NCBI GenBank assembly: GCA_965260925.1
Contig: CBDHBZ010000008.1
Coordinates: forward strand, 1,493,005-1,557,004
Reading direction: 5' to 3'
Origin: Abditibacterium sp.
GTDB taxonomy: Bacteria; Armatimonadota; Abditibacteriia; Abditibacteriales; Abditibacteriaceae
Length of the DNA: 64,000 nucleotides
Shown here piece after piece: positions 9,361 to 18,118 of this stretch. The notes under the pieces are model-generated. The model ran no database searches. It worked only from the letters and a program-made list of their open reading frames with translations, and was not told the origin of the DNA. Position numbers and translations under genes: made by a program. How positions within the stretch are numbered: position 1 is the first letter of the stretch; each line of letters opens with the position of its first letter.

Positions 9361-10632
9361 CTAACTTTTAATTTCGCCGGACTCCGCAACTAAAGCGCGC
9401 ATGCCCGCGCGGCGGTCGGGCAATCCGAAGTATCTTAACTGCTGAGACAGGTTGCCAAAAATAATTTTTTCATCGCCCCAGACTCCATCGGTTTCCGCGA
9501 GCGCACGCGCAACTGCGCGTTGCGCGCCCTCTAATTTCGCCCACGAAACCGGCGCTTCGCGGCTGAAATCGCCAAAATAAAGCGGGCACAACGATTCGAT
9601 CAACTCCAACGCCGCGAACTCGTTGTTTGCGCGCCGCAACAGCGCGACAAATGCGGGCGTGTAGCGCCGCGCCGCCGTTCCCAGCGCCAAAAGTTGTCCC
9701 AGGCTCGCAGCGCCCAAACCTTCCTCGAAATGCGGCAACTGACCAAACGATCGCTGTCTCGCCTCATTTTCCTCCAGCGAATCGAGCAGCACGCGCGCCG
9801 CCGCATCACGCGCCGCCGCATCGCGCGCCGCCGCATCGCGCTCGGATTCCGCAGATTTCAGGCGCAAAACCAGCGCGCTCAAAGCCCAATGTTCCAGCGT
9901 CCACGCGGATTTTTGTGCCTGGCCATCCCGAAACGCGTCTTGAGTCGAAGCCGAATCTTCATCCGAGGGCGCGACATAAAACCAGCCCATCCACAACGCG
10001 GCGCGCGTGGCGTCGTCGGTTTCGGATTCTAATTTCTCGCGGCGCGCGGCGGCGACTTCGGGGTTGAATTTGCCAAACAGCGACGCCAGATAAATCGCGC
10101 GCACGCGCAATTCGTCGGACTGCCATAGTTCCAAATACTGCGCGACGCCCGCGCGCACCGCCTGGTGCGCGGCCTCGACATCGTTTAATTCGCGCGCGAT
10201 CTGCGCCTGAAATTCCGGCTCGTCGCGCTCCTCGTAGATGCCCATGTGCTGATGCACGTCGTGATACGAATGGCCAAACGCCAGCGACACCAACAATTCC
10301 ATGATTTCGGCGCGAACTGGGCTGAGTTCATCCGCCAATATCTGCCGCAAAAACGGCACTGCGTAACGCGTCGCCTGGTAAGTCGTGCCCTGATGCCAGA
10401 TGTTGCCGTAAAACTCGTGTAGCGCTTTTTCGCCGCGCTCGCGGTCGCGCGAAGCCAAAGCGCGCAGTTGGCCGGGCACATCTTTGGCGCTGCCGTAAGC
10501 GTGCTGCAATTCGGCCCAATTGATGTCGCTCAAACCTTCCAACGTCAAGGCGTCGGTTGCGGACGCGTCGGCTTTAGACGCGTCGGCTGAGTTTGCGGCG
10601 AAAACCTCGCGTAATTTGCGCGTCCAACTCAC
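9361..10632 (-). CDS. Helical-repeat (HEAT-like) protein of unknown function in the two-component operon
   Basis: Long ORF. The proposed start is GTG 10632, overlapping the upstream kinase stop (GTGA). The Arg-rich first 68 aa of the listed ORF are an alternate-frame reading of the 24-bp repeats. Confidence 0.45.
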   Translation of the reverse strand: MSWTRKLREVFAANSADASKADASATDALTLEGLSDINWAELQHAYGSAKDVPGQLRALASRDRERGEKALHEFYGNIWHQGTTYQATRYAVPFLRQILADELSPVRAEIMELLVSLAFGHSYHDVHQHMGIYEERDEPEFQAQIARELNDVEAAHQAVRAGVAQYLELWQSDELRVRAIYLASLFGKFNPEVAAARREKLESETDDATRAALWMGWFYVAPSDEDSASTQDAFRDGQAQKSAWTLEHWALSALVLRLKSAESERDAAARDAAARDAAARVLLDSLEENEARQRSFGQLPHFEEGLGAASLGQLLALGTAARRYTPAFVALLRRANNEFAALELIESLCPLYFGDFSREAPVSWAKLEGAQRAVARALAETDGVWGDEKIIFGNLSQQLRYFGLPDRRAGMRALVAESGEIKS

Positions 10633-12227
10633 GCCGTCACCGCCGCTTTCGCTTCGCTTTGCCCTGGAACGTGGCTGGTATCGGCGCCTGGAACGTGGCT
10701 GGTATCGGCGCCTGGAACGTGGCTGGTATCGGCGTCCGCGATGTGTTGCGGCAGCGAAAACCAGAAGGTCGCGCCTTCGCCGGGCACGCTTTCCACGCCG
10801 ATGGTGCCGCCGTGGCGCTCGACGATTTTTTTGCAAATCGCCAGGCCGATGCCGGTTCCGGGGAACTCGGTGCGCGTGTGCAAGCGCTGGAACATCACGA
10901 AAATGCGCTCGAAGTATTGGGCTTCGATGCCCAGACCGTTATCGCGCACGGAAAAAACGTGTTGCGGCGCTTCGCTCATCGCGGTTTTGCCGGCGGCATC
11001 GGGCGCGCTCAGAACGCGGCGCAGTTCGTAGCCAATGTGAACGAGGGGGTCGGTTTCGCCCCTGAATTTGAGCGCGTTGGAAACCAGATTCTGCAAGACC
11101 AACTCGATTTGTCCGGCATCGCCCCAAACGTCGGGCAAGGCGTCGCGCGCCACTTCCACGCCGGTCTCGCGGATGCGTTCGCTCAGATTGCGGAGCGCGT
11201 AATCGGCGGTTTTTTCCATCGAAACCGGCGCGAACTCTTTGCCGTGCGTGCCGACGCGCGAGTAGGCCAACAAATCGTTGATGAGGTTTTGCATGCGCTG
11301 GGCGCCATCAACGGCGTGTTCGATGAACTGGTCGGCGCGCGCGTCCAATTTGCCGCCGTAGCGTTTTTGCAAGACCTGGACGCAACCCGCCACGGCGCGC
11401 AATGGTTCTTGCAAATCGTGCGAGGCGACGTAGGCGAACTGCTCCAATTCGGCGTTGGAGCGTTGCAAATCTTGGACGGCGGATTCGAGTTTCTCTTCGG
11501 CGGCGCGGCGCTGTTCGTTTTCGGCTTCGACTTCGGCCTTGGCGCGCCGCAGTTCCACGTTGTTGCTTTCCAGATTCGATTGCGCCTGCGCGACCTGCGA
11601 AGCTGTGCGCGCGGCGAACAAGGCCAGTGCGCCCGTCAGCAGAATCGAGAACAGGCCGCCGCCCCACAAAATCGATTCAAAGGTGGCGCGCCGCTGTTTG
11701 ACCTGATCGGCGCGCGCCGTTAGCAGGATATCCTCCTGTTTTTCGACGCGCAGAATGACGCCACGCATTTCGTCCATCGCCATTTTGCGTTCGTTCGCGC
11801 GCAGGCTGGCGGTGGCGAGCGCCTCTTGCAGGTTTTGCGCGCCGCGCCGCCGCTCGATGGCCGGTTGCAACATGGTAGAGTTCCACTTTTGCTGCAAACG
11901 TTGCAGTTCGTCGAGGCGCACGATTTGTTCGGGCGATGTCGCCATCAAAACGCGCGTTTTGCCCATGTGCGTCTCGAAGTTGGCGCGGCCCGAATCGTAG
12001 GGATCGAGAAACGGGTCTTCGCCAGTGACCAAAAACCCGCGCACGCCGGTCTCCATGTTGAGTAGCGATTGCAAGAGCGCCTCGCTCTCGAAAAGCGTCT
12101 GGTAAGAGCGCGTGCTATAAGCGCTCGCCTGGCCGAGCAAACGGAAATTGTAGAGCGACAGCCCGACCAAAAAAAGCAGGAGCGCCAGCAACAATCCAAA
12201 GCTGCGGTAAAGGGATTGAGGATTCAT
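10629..12227 (-). CDS. CHASE3-type sensor histidine kinase with a C-terminal DTSHVPGA x3 tail
   Basis: N-terminal TM segment; LLNMETGVRGFLVTGEDPFLDPY (CHASE3-like); coiled coil; H-box ASHDLQEPLRAV; GTGIGLAICKKIVERHGG. The tail is encoded by the 3 x 24-bp repeat. Confidence 0.85.
   Translation of the reverse strand: MNPQSLYRSFGLLLALLLFLVGLSLYNFRLLGQASAYSTRSYQTLFESEALLQSLLNMETGVRGFLVTGEDPFLDPYDSGRANFETHMGKTRVLMATSPEQIVRLDELQRLQQKWNSTMLQPAIERRRGAQNLQEALATASLRANERKMAMDEMRGVILRVEKQEDILLTARADQVKQRRATFESILWGGGLFSILLTGALALFAARTASQVAQAQSNLESNNVELRRAKAEVEAENEQRRAAEEKLESAVQDLQRSNAELEQFAYVASHDLQEPLRAVAGCVQVLQKRYGGKLDARADQFIEHAVDGAQRMQNLINDLLAYSRVGTHGKEFAPVSMEKTADYALRNLSERIRETGVEVARDALPDVWGDAGQIELVLQNLVSNALKFRGETDPLVHIGYELRRVLSAPDAAGKTAMSEAPQHVFSVRDNGLGIEAQYFERIFVMFQRLHTRTEFPGTGIGLAICKKIVERHGGTIGVESVPGEGATFWFSLPQHIADADTSHVPGADTSHVPGADTSHVPGQSEAKAAVTA
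10664..10735. repeat. 3 x 24-bp tandem repeat derived from the dispersed CCAGCCACGT element
   Basis: CTGGAACGTGGCTGGTATCGGCGC repeated at 10664, 10688 and 10712 (last base of the third copy differs). Confidence 0.95.
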
Positions 12228-12451
12228 GGGAAGCAGAAGTTAAAAGTCAGGAGTCAGGAGGTAGAACAGAACATTGGAGCATATTATTTATGGCGATTCC
12301 GAAAGGCGATGTCTTCGCTCGCGGTTCGCAGAGGACTCCACTCATCGGATTCGCTTTGACTTCTGTCTCCTGACTTCTAACTCCTGTCGCTACAGTTTGA
12401 CAAGTCGCGCCCCAATTGCGAGGGTATGGCCAAAGGGCTTAACTGAAACCA

Positions 12452-13054
12452 ATGGATTCCTCCCAATCGAAACCCGCTCAGACGCTCGCCGGGGCGCCAA
12501 TTATCGTCGGCATTTGCGGCAGTTTGAGCGCCGACTCGACCACGCGCCGCGCCTTGAAATTGGCTTTGCAGGCCGCCGAAAATGCGGGCGGCCAGACTTC
12601 GCTGATCGATCTGCGCGACCTCAAATTGCCGTTCGCTTCGAGCGATTGGGACGCGGCCGATTATCCCGACGCCGAGAAATTGTTAGCTGCCGTGCGCGGC
12701 GCCGACGGCCTGTTGTGGGCGACGCCCGAATATCACGGGTCGTATTCGGGCGCGCTCAAAAACGCGCTCGATCTGGGCGATATTCCCGATTACGACGGCA
12801 AAGTCGTGGCGCTTTTGGGCGTGGCAGCGGGTTCGATTGGCGCGATCCAATCGCTATCGCATCTGCGCGGCATCGCGCGGCAGTTGCACATGTGGGCGGT
12901 TCCCTCGCAACTCTCCATCGCCCAATCTTACGCGGCTTTCGACGAAAACGGCGCTTTGAAAGACGCGAAGTTGGCGGCATCGCTGGAAAAGATGAGCGCC
13001 GAATTAGTCAGATGGAGCGCGGTTCATCGTTCTGTGAACAGTTCCGTGGGTTGA
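12452..13054 (+). CDS. NADPH-dependent FMN reductase family protein
   Basis: IIVGICGSLSADSTTRRALK...LLWATPEYHGSYSGALKNALD. The last 5 codons and the stop lie inside the left arm of repeat 13040-13230. Confidence 0.8.
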   Translation: MDSSQSKPAQTLAGAPIIVGICGSLSADSTTRRALKLALQAAENAGGQTSLIDLRDLKLPFASSDWDAADYPDAEKLLAAVRGADGLLWATPEYHGSYSGALKNALDLGDIPDYDGKVVALLGVAAGSIGAIQSLSHLRGIARQLHMWAVPSQLSIAQSYAAFDENGALKDAKLAASLEKMSAELVRWSAVHRSVNSSVG

Positions 13055-13230
13055 AACCCACGGCAAGGGAGCCTTCGGCCGGGTGTCCTACGGATACGGT
13101 GCATGGCCGATAGATAGTTCTCCTCGCATCTAAATCTGCGATGTGTCCAAAGGACACCCGGCCGCAGGCCGCTCTGCCGCAGGCCACTCTGCCGCAGGCC
13201 ACTCTGCCGTGGGTTTCAACCCACGGAACT
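13040..13230. repeat. Long nested inverted repeat with an internal 3 x 15-bp tandem
   Basis: Perfect 26-nt arms AGTTCCGTGGGTTGAAACCCACGGCA (13040-13065) and its complement at 13205-13230. Inner pair GGCCGGGTGTCCT / AGGACACCCGGCC. GCCGCAGGCCRCTCT occurs x3 (about 13170-13214). Confidence 0.9.
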
Positions 13231-13270
13231 ATGCGGCACACGAAACACTCAACTCAATCAAACTAATCTC

Positions 13271-13963
13271 GTGAGTCTCGATTCTCCCTCTTTTTTCCGC
13301 TCCGCCACCGATTCGGCGTTCACGCCGTTTTACCGGCGCTGGTTTCCCGTTGTCCAACTGATCGCGCGCACCTTGATGCGTTTGGTGGCGCCGCGCTTTC
13401 GCGTGACCGGGCGCGGACACATGCCGCGAAGCGGCGCGGTCATTCTGGCGTGCAATCACATCTCCGATGCCGACCCTTTGCTGGTTGGCGCCGCGACACT
13501 ACGCCCGACGGGCTACATGGCCAAGCGCGAACTATGGAAAATCGGTTGGCTGGCGCCGATCTTGGATTTGGTCGGCTCGTTCCCCGTCGATCCGGGCGCG
13601 CCCGACCGCGCGGCGCTGCGTAAATCCGAGGGCATTTTGGCGCGCGGCGAGGCCCTCGTCGTGTTTCCCGAAGGCCGCATTTCGCCCGAAGGCCAGCTCG
13701 CGCCTTTGTTGCCGGGCGTGTTGCAGTTGGCGCTCAAAAGCGGCGCGCCCATCGTGCCGGTCGGCCTGTGCGGCGCCAACTTCGTGGTGCCCTATGGCGA
13801 ACTGGTGCCGCGCCCGACGTTAAACCAAGTCAGTTTGCACTACGGCGAACCGATTTCGTTGGACGATTTGCAAGAAATGCCCAAGCGCGAGGCGCGCCAA
13901 ATCGCGCTGCAACGTTTGGAAGCGGGCCTGCGCGCGGCGATTGCGCGGGCGGAGCGCGGGTGA
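13271..13963 (+). CDS. plsC: 1-acyl-sn-glycerol-3-phosphate acyltransferase family (PlsC-like)
   Basis: ILACNHISDADPLLVG (HX4D box) and LVVFPEGRISPEG. Confidence 0.8.
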   Translation: MSLDSPSFFRSATDSAFTPFYRRWFPVVQLIARTLMRLVAPRFRVTGRGHMPRSGAVILACNHISDADPLLVGAATLRPTGYMAKRELWKIGWLAPILDLVGSFPVDPGAPDRAALRKSEGILARGEALVVFPEGRISPEGQLAPLLPGVLQLALKSGAPIVPVGLCGANFVVPYGELVPRPTLNQVSLHYGEPISLDDLQEMPKREARQIALQRLEAGLRAAIARAERG

Positions 13964-13997
13964 ATGTAGGGCGCGACACCAGCCACGTCCCAGGCAA

Positions 13998-14031
13998 CAA
14001 AAAAGCCCGCGACTTGCGTCGCGGGCTTTTC
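13998..14031. terminator. Bidirectional rho-independent terminator between convergent plsC and the porin gene
   Basis: AAAAAAGCCCGCGAC-TTGC-GTCGCGGGCTTTT: a 10-bp GC stem flanked by an A-run and a T-run. Confidence 0.8.
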
Positions 14032-14047
14032 CGGGTTTCAACTGGCT

Positions 14048-14785
14048 TTAGCGAGTGTTGAAGGTGTAACCGAGTTGCGCGAACAAACGTCCGCCGCCGC
14101 CGAAGCCTTTCTGAGCCAGACCGACGGACGCGCCGAACGGCTGGCCCTGACGGCGATAGCGCACCGAAATCGAGTAAGGCGTGTTGCCGCCATCGGCGAT
14201 TTTGCTGCCCAGTTCGCCAACGGCGGTCAGGCCGTTTTGCGAAATCGGCACTTCGGCGCCCACGAAAATCGAAAACTTGTCCGAACTGCCGACGCCGCCG
14301 TCGAAGTTGTCGTAGCGCAAGCCCAGATGACCGGTAATCGGCGTGCGACCCGTATCCACGCCGCCCAGATATTTGGTGGCCACGACATAGGCGTTGGTGT
14401 TTTTCAGCAGAGCGCGGTCGTAACCGGCGCCGACGGCCAAACGCACGCCCGCCGGATCGTTCTCGCGCGAGATCAGGTATTTGGCGCCGATCGCGAAACC
14501 GGTGCGGTCGATGGACGCGTTGTCGGCATCGAGCTTGTTGATGCCGCCGTTGACTTCCAGCTTCTCGCCGACGCGCGCGGCGGCAAACAAACCGTAGGTT
14601 TTGGCGCTGTTATCCAAATCGTAGTAGTTGGCCTGCACGCGAGCGCCTTCGGCGCCGGGAATTTGGGCAGTCGGGTTGAGCGGCAAGCCGACGGCACCCG
14701 AAATGTTGAGGTCGGCGCGCGCGCTGCCCGCCAGGGCCGCGACCGCCACCGTCGCCAGAGCGACGCTGTTCAGAATTTTTGTCAT
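14048..14785 (-). CDS. Outer-membrane beta-barrel (porin-like) protein
   Basis: Start moved to MTKILNSVALATVAVAALAGSARA (signal peptide; GGAG 8 nt upstream). Alternating beta-strand pattern, C-terminal ...LFAQLGYTFNTR. Confidence 0.6.
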   Translation of the reverse strand: MTKILNSVALATVAVAALAGSARADLNISGAVGLPLNPTAQIPGAEGARVQANYYDLDNSAKTYGLFAAARVGEKLEVNGGINKLDADNASIDRTGFAIGAKYLISRENDPAGVRLAVGAGYDRALLKNTNAYVVATKYLGGVDTGRTPITGHLGLRYDNFDGGVGSSDKFSIFVGAEVPISQNGLTAVGELGSKIADGGNTPYSISVRYRRQGQPFGASVGLAQKGFGGGGRLFAQLGYTFNTR

Positions 14786-15150
14786 GTAAATTTTCTCCCA
14801 GGTTTCGATGTTATCGCGCGCCAATCGCTGCCTCTTAGTGCGCCAAAATTCGCGGCCCGACGCGGCTCGATAATCACGCAAAATGCAGTATCCATGTTGC
14901 CTACACCTTTTGTAATTATCGTCACCGCGCCCCAACCGCGCCTTTGTCTTCGCTGTTTCGGAAGGAATTTAAGCGTGGCGTTAACATCGTTGAAACAATC
15001 TTAGCCCAAATCAGAAGCCAAGTCAAATCTCAAACGCCTTTAAATTCCGCCTGTGACGGCAAACATTGGCAGGGAACTCCCCTAAATTTCTCGTCGGGGC
15101 AACGTCCGCGCGCAATCTTCGTCTGGGACGGGCGCTGTTTCGCCTTGTTC

Positions 15151-17991
15151 ATGTCTTCTTTCGATTCGCCGACCGTCGCTTCTTCCTCCGCTTCGAGTTG
15201 CCTACATTCATCGAGTGCAACTCCGCGACAGCCCGACCAGAGCGGCGCGCCCGACGTTTCGTCGCCAGTTTTGCAGGCGACCATCGATTCGCTGCCCGCG
15301 CATCTGGCGATATTAGACGAGAGCGGCACCATCATTTCGATCAACTCGGCCTGGCGCCGCTACGCTCTGGACAATGATTTCAGCGGCCAGGATTACGGAT
15401 TGAGCGCCAACTATTTGGACGTGTGCGCGCGCGCGACGGGCACCAACGCCGCCGAAGCGCCCCTGGTTTTGCGCGGACTCAAAGATGTTTTGAGCGGCGC
15501 GCGCGACGAATTTTACCTGGAATATCCCTGCCACAGCCCAACCGAGCAACGCTGGTATGCCCTGCGCGCCACGCGTTTTGGCAACAGCGTGAGCAACGGC
15601 GGCGCGCCCATCGGTGAACCGGGCGGCGAGCCGGTGCGCGTCGTGGTGACGCACGAAGACATCAGTCTGCGCAAGTTGACCGAAATCCGTTTGCGCGAAG
15701 AGACCGAAGTCACGGCGACGCTTTACCGTATTGGCCGCGTGGTGGCGGGCGAACTGGACGCGAGCAAATTGGTCGAGGCGATCACCCAGACGGCGGTTGA
15801 CCTGACCGGCGCGCACATCGGCGCGTTTTTGCCGGCGCCCGCCGACAATCCGCAGGGCGCCGTGGCGGCGGCTTTCTCGGCGGGCGCGGGCGCTTCCGAT
15901 CCGGCGTTTGCCTTGGCCGCGCTCGATCCGCGCGCGATGTTCGGCGGCGATCTGGTCGCGCGCGCGGCGCCGACGCTGCAATCTCTGCCGCAATCGGCTC
16001 TGGCGCCCAATGCAGCCACGGCGCCCGCCACGAACAACGATGTGCGCGCCGATAGCCTGCAAACCGACGCCCGTTTCGCGCTCGATTCGAGTTTAGTCGC
16101 CAGCGATGCGCGCGAAACTAACGGCGGCGAGAACGCGGCAACGCGTAGCGAAGCGCATGGCGAAGCGGACAGCAAAACGGGCGGCGACATGGGCGTGCCG
16201 TTGCGCACGCCGTTTGGCGATGGGCACGCGTTAGAGTCGTATCTGGCGGCGCCGATTATCGCGCGTTCGGGCGAATGGTTGGGCGCCCTGTTTCTGGGGC
16301 ATCCGCAAGCGGATCAGTTCGGCAAAAACTCCGAATTGTTGTTGCACGGTTTGGCCGGACAAGCCGCCTTGTCGCTGGAAAACGCGCGTTTGTTCGAGCA
16401 AGCCCAGCGCGAAAAAGCGGCGCTGGCGGCGCTCGAAGAGCGTTATCGTCTGGTCACCGAGCAGATGCCGCAGATCGTGTGGATGGCCGATGCGCGCGGC
16501 GCGCACCAATACTTCAACCGGCGCTGGTTCGAGTTCACCGGCCTGTCGGAGCGCGAAAGTTACGGAGAGGGCTGGTCGAAACCGTTGCATCCCGACGACG
16601 CCGACCGCACGCAAACGCGCTGGCAGCACTCGCTCGATAGCGGCGCGCCCTACGAAATCGAGTATCGTTTCCGGCGCCACGACGGCGAATATCATTGGTT
16701 TTTGGCGCGCGCCCTGCCGCTACGCGACGAAGCGGGCCGCGTCACCAAATGGTTCGGCACCTGCACCGACGTGGACGACGCCAAAGCCGCCGCCGCCGAG
16801 CGCGCCCGCGCTCTGGAAAGCGAGGAGCGCGCGCGTTTGGAAGCCGAAAACGCCAACCGCCTGAAAGACGAATTTTTAGCCGTCGTTTCGCACGAGCTAC
16901 GCACGCCTTTGACGCCGATTTTGGGTTGGCTCGAACTGCTCAAAACCGACGATCCCGACGCCGATTTTCGCAAGCAAGCCTACGATGTCATCGAGCGCAA
17001 CACGCGCGCCCAGGCGCAAATCGTCAACGATTTGTTGGACGTTTCGCGCATTATTTCGGGCAAGCTCAAACTCGAATTGCAGGCCATTGATCTGCGCGAC
17101 GTGATGCGCGCCGCCATCGAAACCGTCGAGCCGACGGCGCGCGTTAAAGGCGTTCATCTCGATGCCGAACTGCCCGCGCGCGCCGCCATCAATGTCGGCG
17201 ATGCCGACCGCTTACAGCAGGTGTTGTGGAATCTGATTTCCAACGCCGTCAAATTCACGCCGCGCGGCGGCCAGGTCACGGTTGGTTTGGAACGCCAAGA
17301 TTCGCAGTATGTTGTCGAAATCGTGGATTCGGGCGCGGGCATCGCGCCCGAATTTCTGCCGCACGTCTTCGAGCGCTTTCGCCAGGCCGACGCCTCTTCG
17401 ACGCGCGCGACCGGCGGTTTGGGTTTGGGACTTTCCATCGTGCGCCATCTGGTCGAGCAGCACGGCGGCACGGTCGGCGTGGATTCGCGCGGTCTGGGCT
17501 TGGGCAGCACGTTTCGCGTCTGTCTGCCGATCGCACCAGTTGTGCCCTTAGCGCCCAATGCCGATGGAAAATCCGCCGAATTCAACGAGACTAAACCCGC
17601 CGAAAAGCAGAGTTTAAGCGGCGTCAAAATCCTGGCGGTAGACGACGAAGACGACGCCCGCGAGATGCTCCAGGCCGTGCTGACCAGTTACGGCGCACGC
17701 GTCGAAACCGCGCCCAACGTGCGTGAGGCGATGGAACATTTCGCGGGTTTCCGGCCCGACATTGTGCTGTCCGACATCGGCATGCCCGAAGCCGATGGTT
17801 ATTCGCTTATTGAGAAGATTCGCGCTCTGCCCGCTTCAAGCGGCGGGCAAACGCCCGCCATCGCGCTCACGGCCTACGCGCGCAGCGAAGATCGCGGGCG
17901 CGCTTTGGACGCGGGTTTTCAGAATCATTTGGCCAAACCGATCGCGCCCGCGAAATTGGTCGCGGCGCTGTGCGAGTTGGTCGGAGTTTAA
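15151..17991 (+). CDS. Large hybrid sensor histidine kinase (PAS/GAF sensor region, HisKA, HATPase, C-terminal receiver)
   Basis: H-box VVSHELRTPLTPILGW; DSGAGIAPEF...GGLGLGLSIVRHLVEQHGG; receiver KILAVDDEDDAREML...DIVLSDIGMPEADG...LAKP. ATG 15151 is preferred over the listed alternative start. Confidence 0.85.
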   Translation: MSSFDSPTVASSSASSCLHSSSATPRQPDQSGAPDVSSPVLQATIDSLPAHLAILDESGTIISINSAWRRYALDNDFSGQDYGLSANYLDVCARATGTNAAEAPLVLRGLKDVLSGARDEFYLEYPCHSPTEQRWYALRATRFGNSVSNGGAPIGEPGGEPVRVVVTHEDISLRKLTEIRLREETEVTATLYRIGRVVAGELDASKLVEAITQTAVDLTGAHIGAFLPAPADNPQGAVAAAFSAGAGASDPAFALAALDPRAMFGGDLVARAAPTLQSLPQSALAPNAATAPATNNDVRADSLQTDARFALDSSLVASDARETNGGENAATRSEAHGEADSKTGGDMGVPLRTPFGDGHALESYLAAPIIARSGEWLGALFLGHPQADQFGKNSELLLHGLAGQAALSLENARLFEQAQREKAALAALEERYRLVTEQMPQIVWMADARGAHQYFNRRWFEFTGLSERESYGEGWSKPLHPDDADRTQTRWQHSLDSGAPYEIEYRFRRHDGEYHWFLARALPLRDEAGRVTKWFGTCTDVDDAKAAAAERARALESEERARLEAENANRLKDEFLAVVSHELRTPLTPILGWLELLKTDDPDADFRKQAYDVIERNTRAQAQIVNDLLDVSRIISGKLKLELQAIDLRDVMRAAIETVEPTARVKGVHLDAELPARAAINVGDADRLQQVLWNLISNAVKFTPRGGQVTVGLERQDSQYVVEIVDSGAGIAPEFLPHVFERFRQADASSTRATGGLGLGLSIVRHLVEQHGGTVGVDSRGLGLGSTFRVCLPIAPVVPLAPNADGKSAEFNETKPAEKQSLSGVKILAVDDEDDAREMLQAVLTSYGARVETAPNVREAMEHFAGFRPDIVLSDIGMPEADGYSLIEKIRALPASSGGQTPAIALTAYARSEDRGRALDAGFQNHLAKPIAPAKLVAALCELVGV

Positions 17992-18003
17992 GTTTTGCGT
18001 TTT

Positions 18004-18099
18004 GTAGAGACACCGATTTATCGTGTCTAAAACTTAAATGAACTCGTTACTTTTTGCGGGTGCCGCAACGTTTTAGACACGATAAATCGGTGTCTCTAC
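18004..18099. repeat. Perfect 30-bp inverted repeat (hairpin-in-hairpin element)
   Basis: GTAGAGACACCGATTTATCGTGTCTAAAAC (18004-18033) and its exact complement (18070-18099). Each arm is itself a hairpin (AGACAC..GTGTCT). Confidence 0.9.
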
Positions 18100-18118
18100 G
18101 GGATGCAAAAACCGAAAT

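Noticed and set aside
9361-10836. N-terminal RRYQPRSRRRYQPRS... extension of the listed 491-aa ORF
   Set aside because: It is the 24-bp tandem repeat read in another frame and overlaps the kinase C-terminus. GTG 10632, in a GTGA overlap with the kinase stop, is the more plausible start.
10593-11723. Long antisense or alternate-frame ORFs across the window. Examples: 10593-11723, 12274-13113, 14075-15004, 18359-19459, 19670-20533, 34342-35367, 46532-47860, 52509-53468, 55761-56858, 57627-58508, 58658-59956, 60335-61195, 61279-62787
   Set aside because: Each overlaps a motif-bearing gene on the other strand or frame. Their translations are Arg/Ala/His-rich nonsense without motifs, the usual open-frame artefact of GC-rich sequence.
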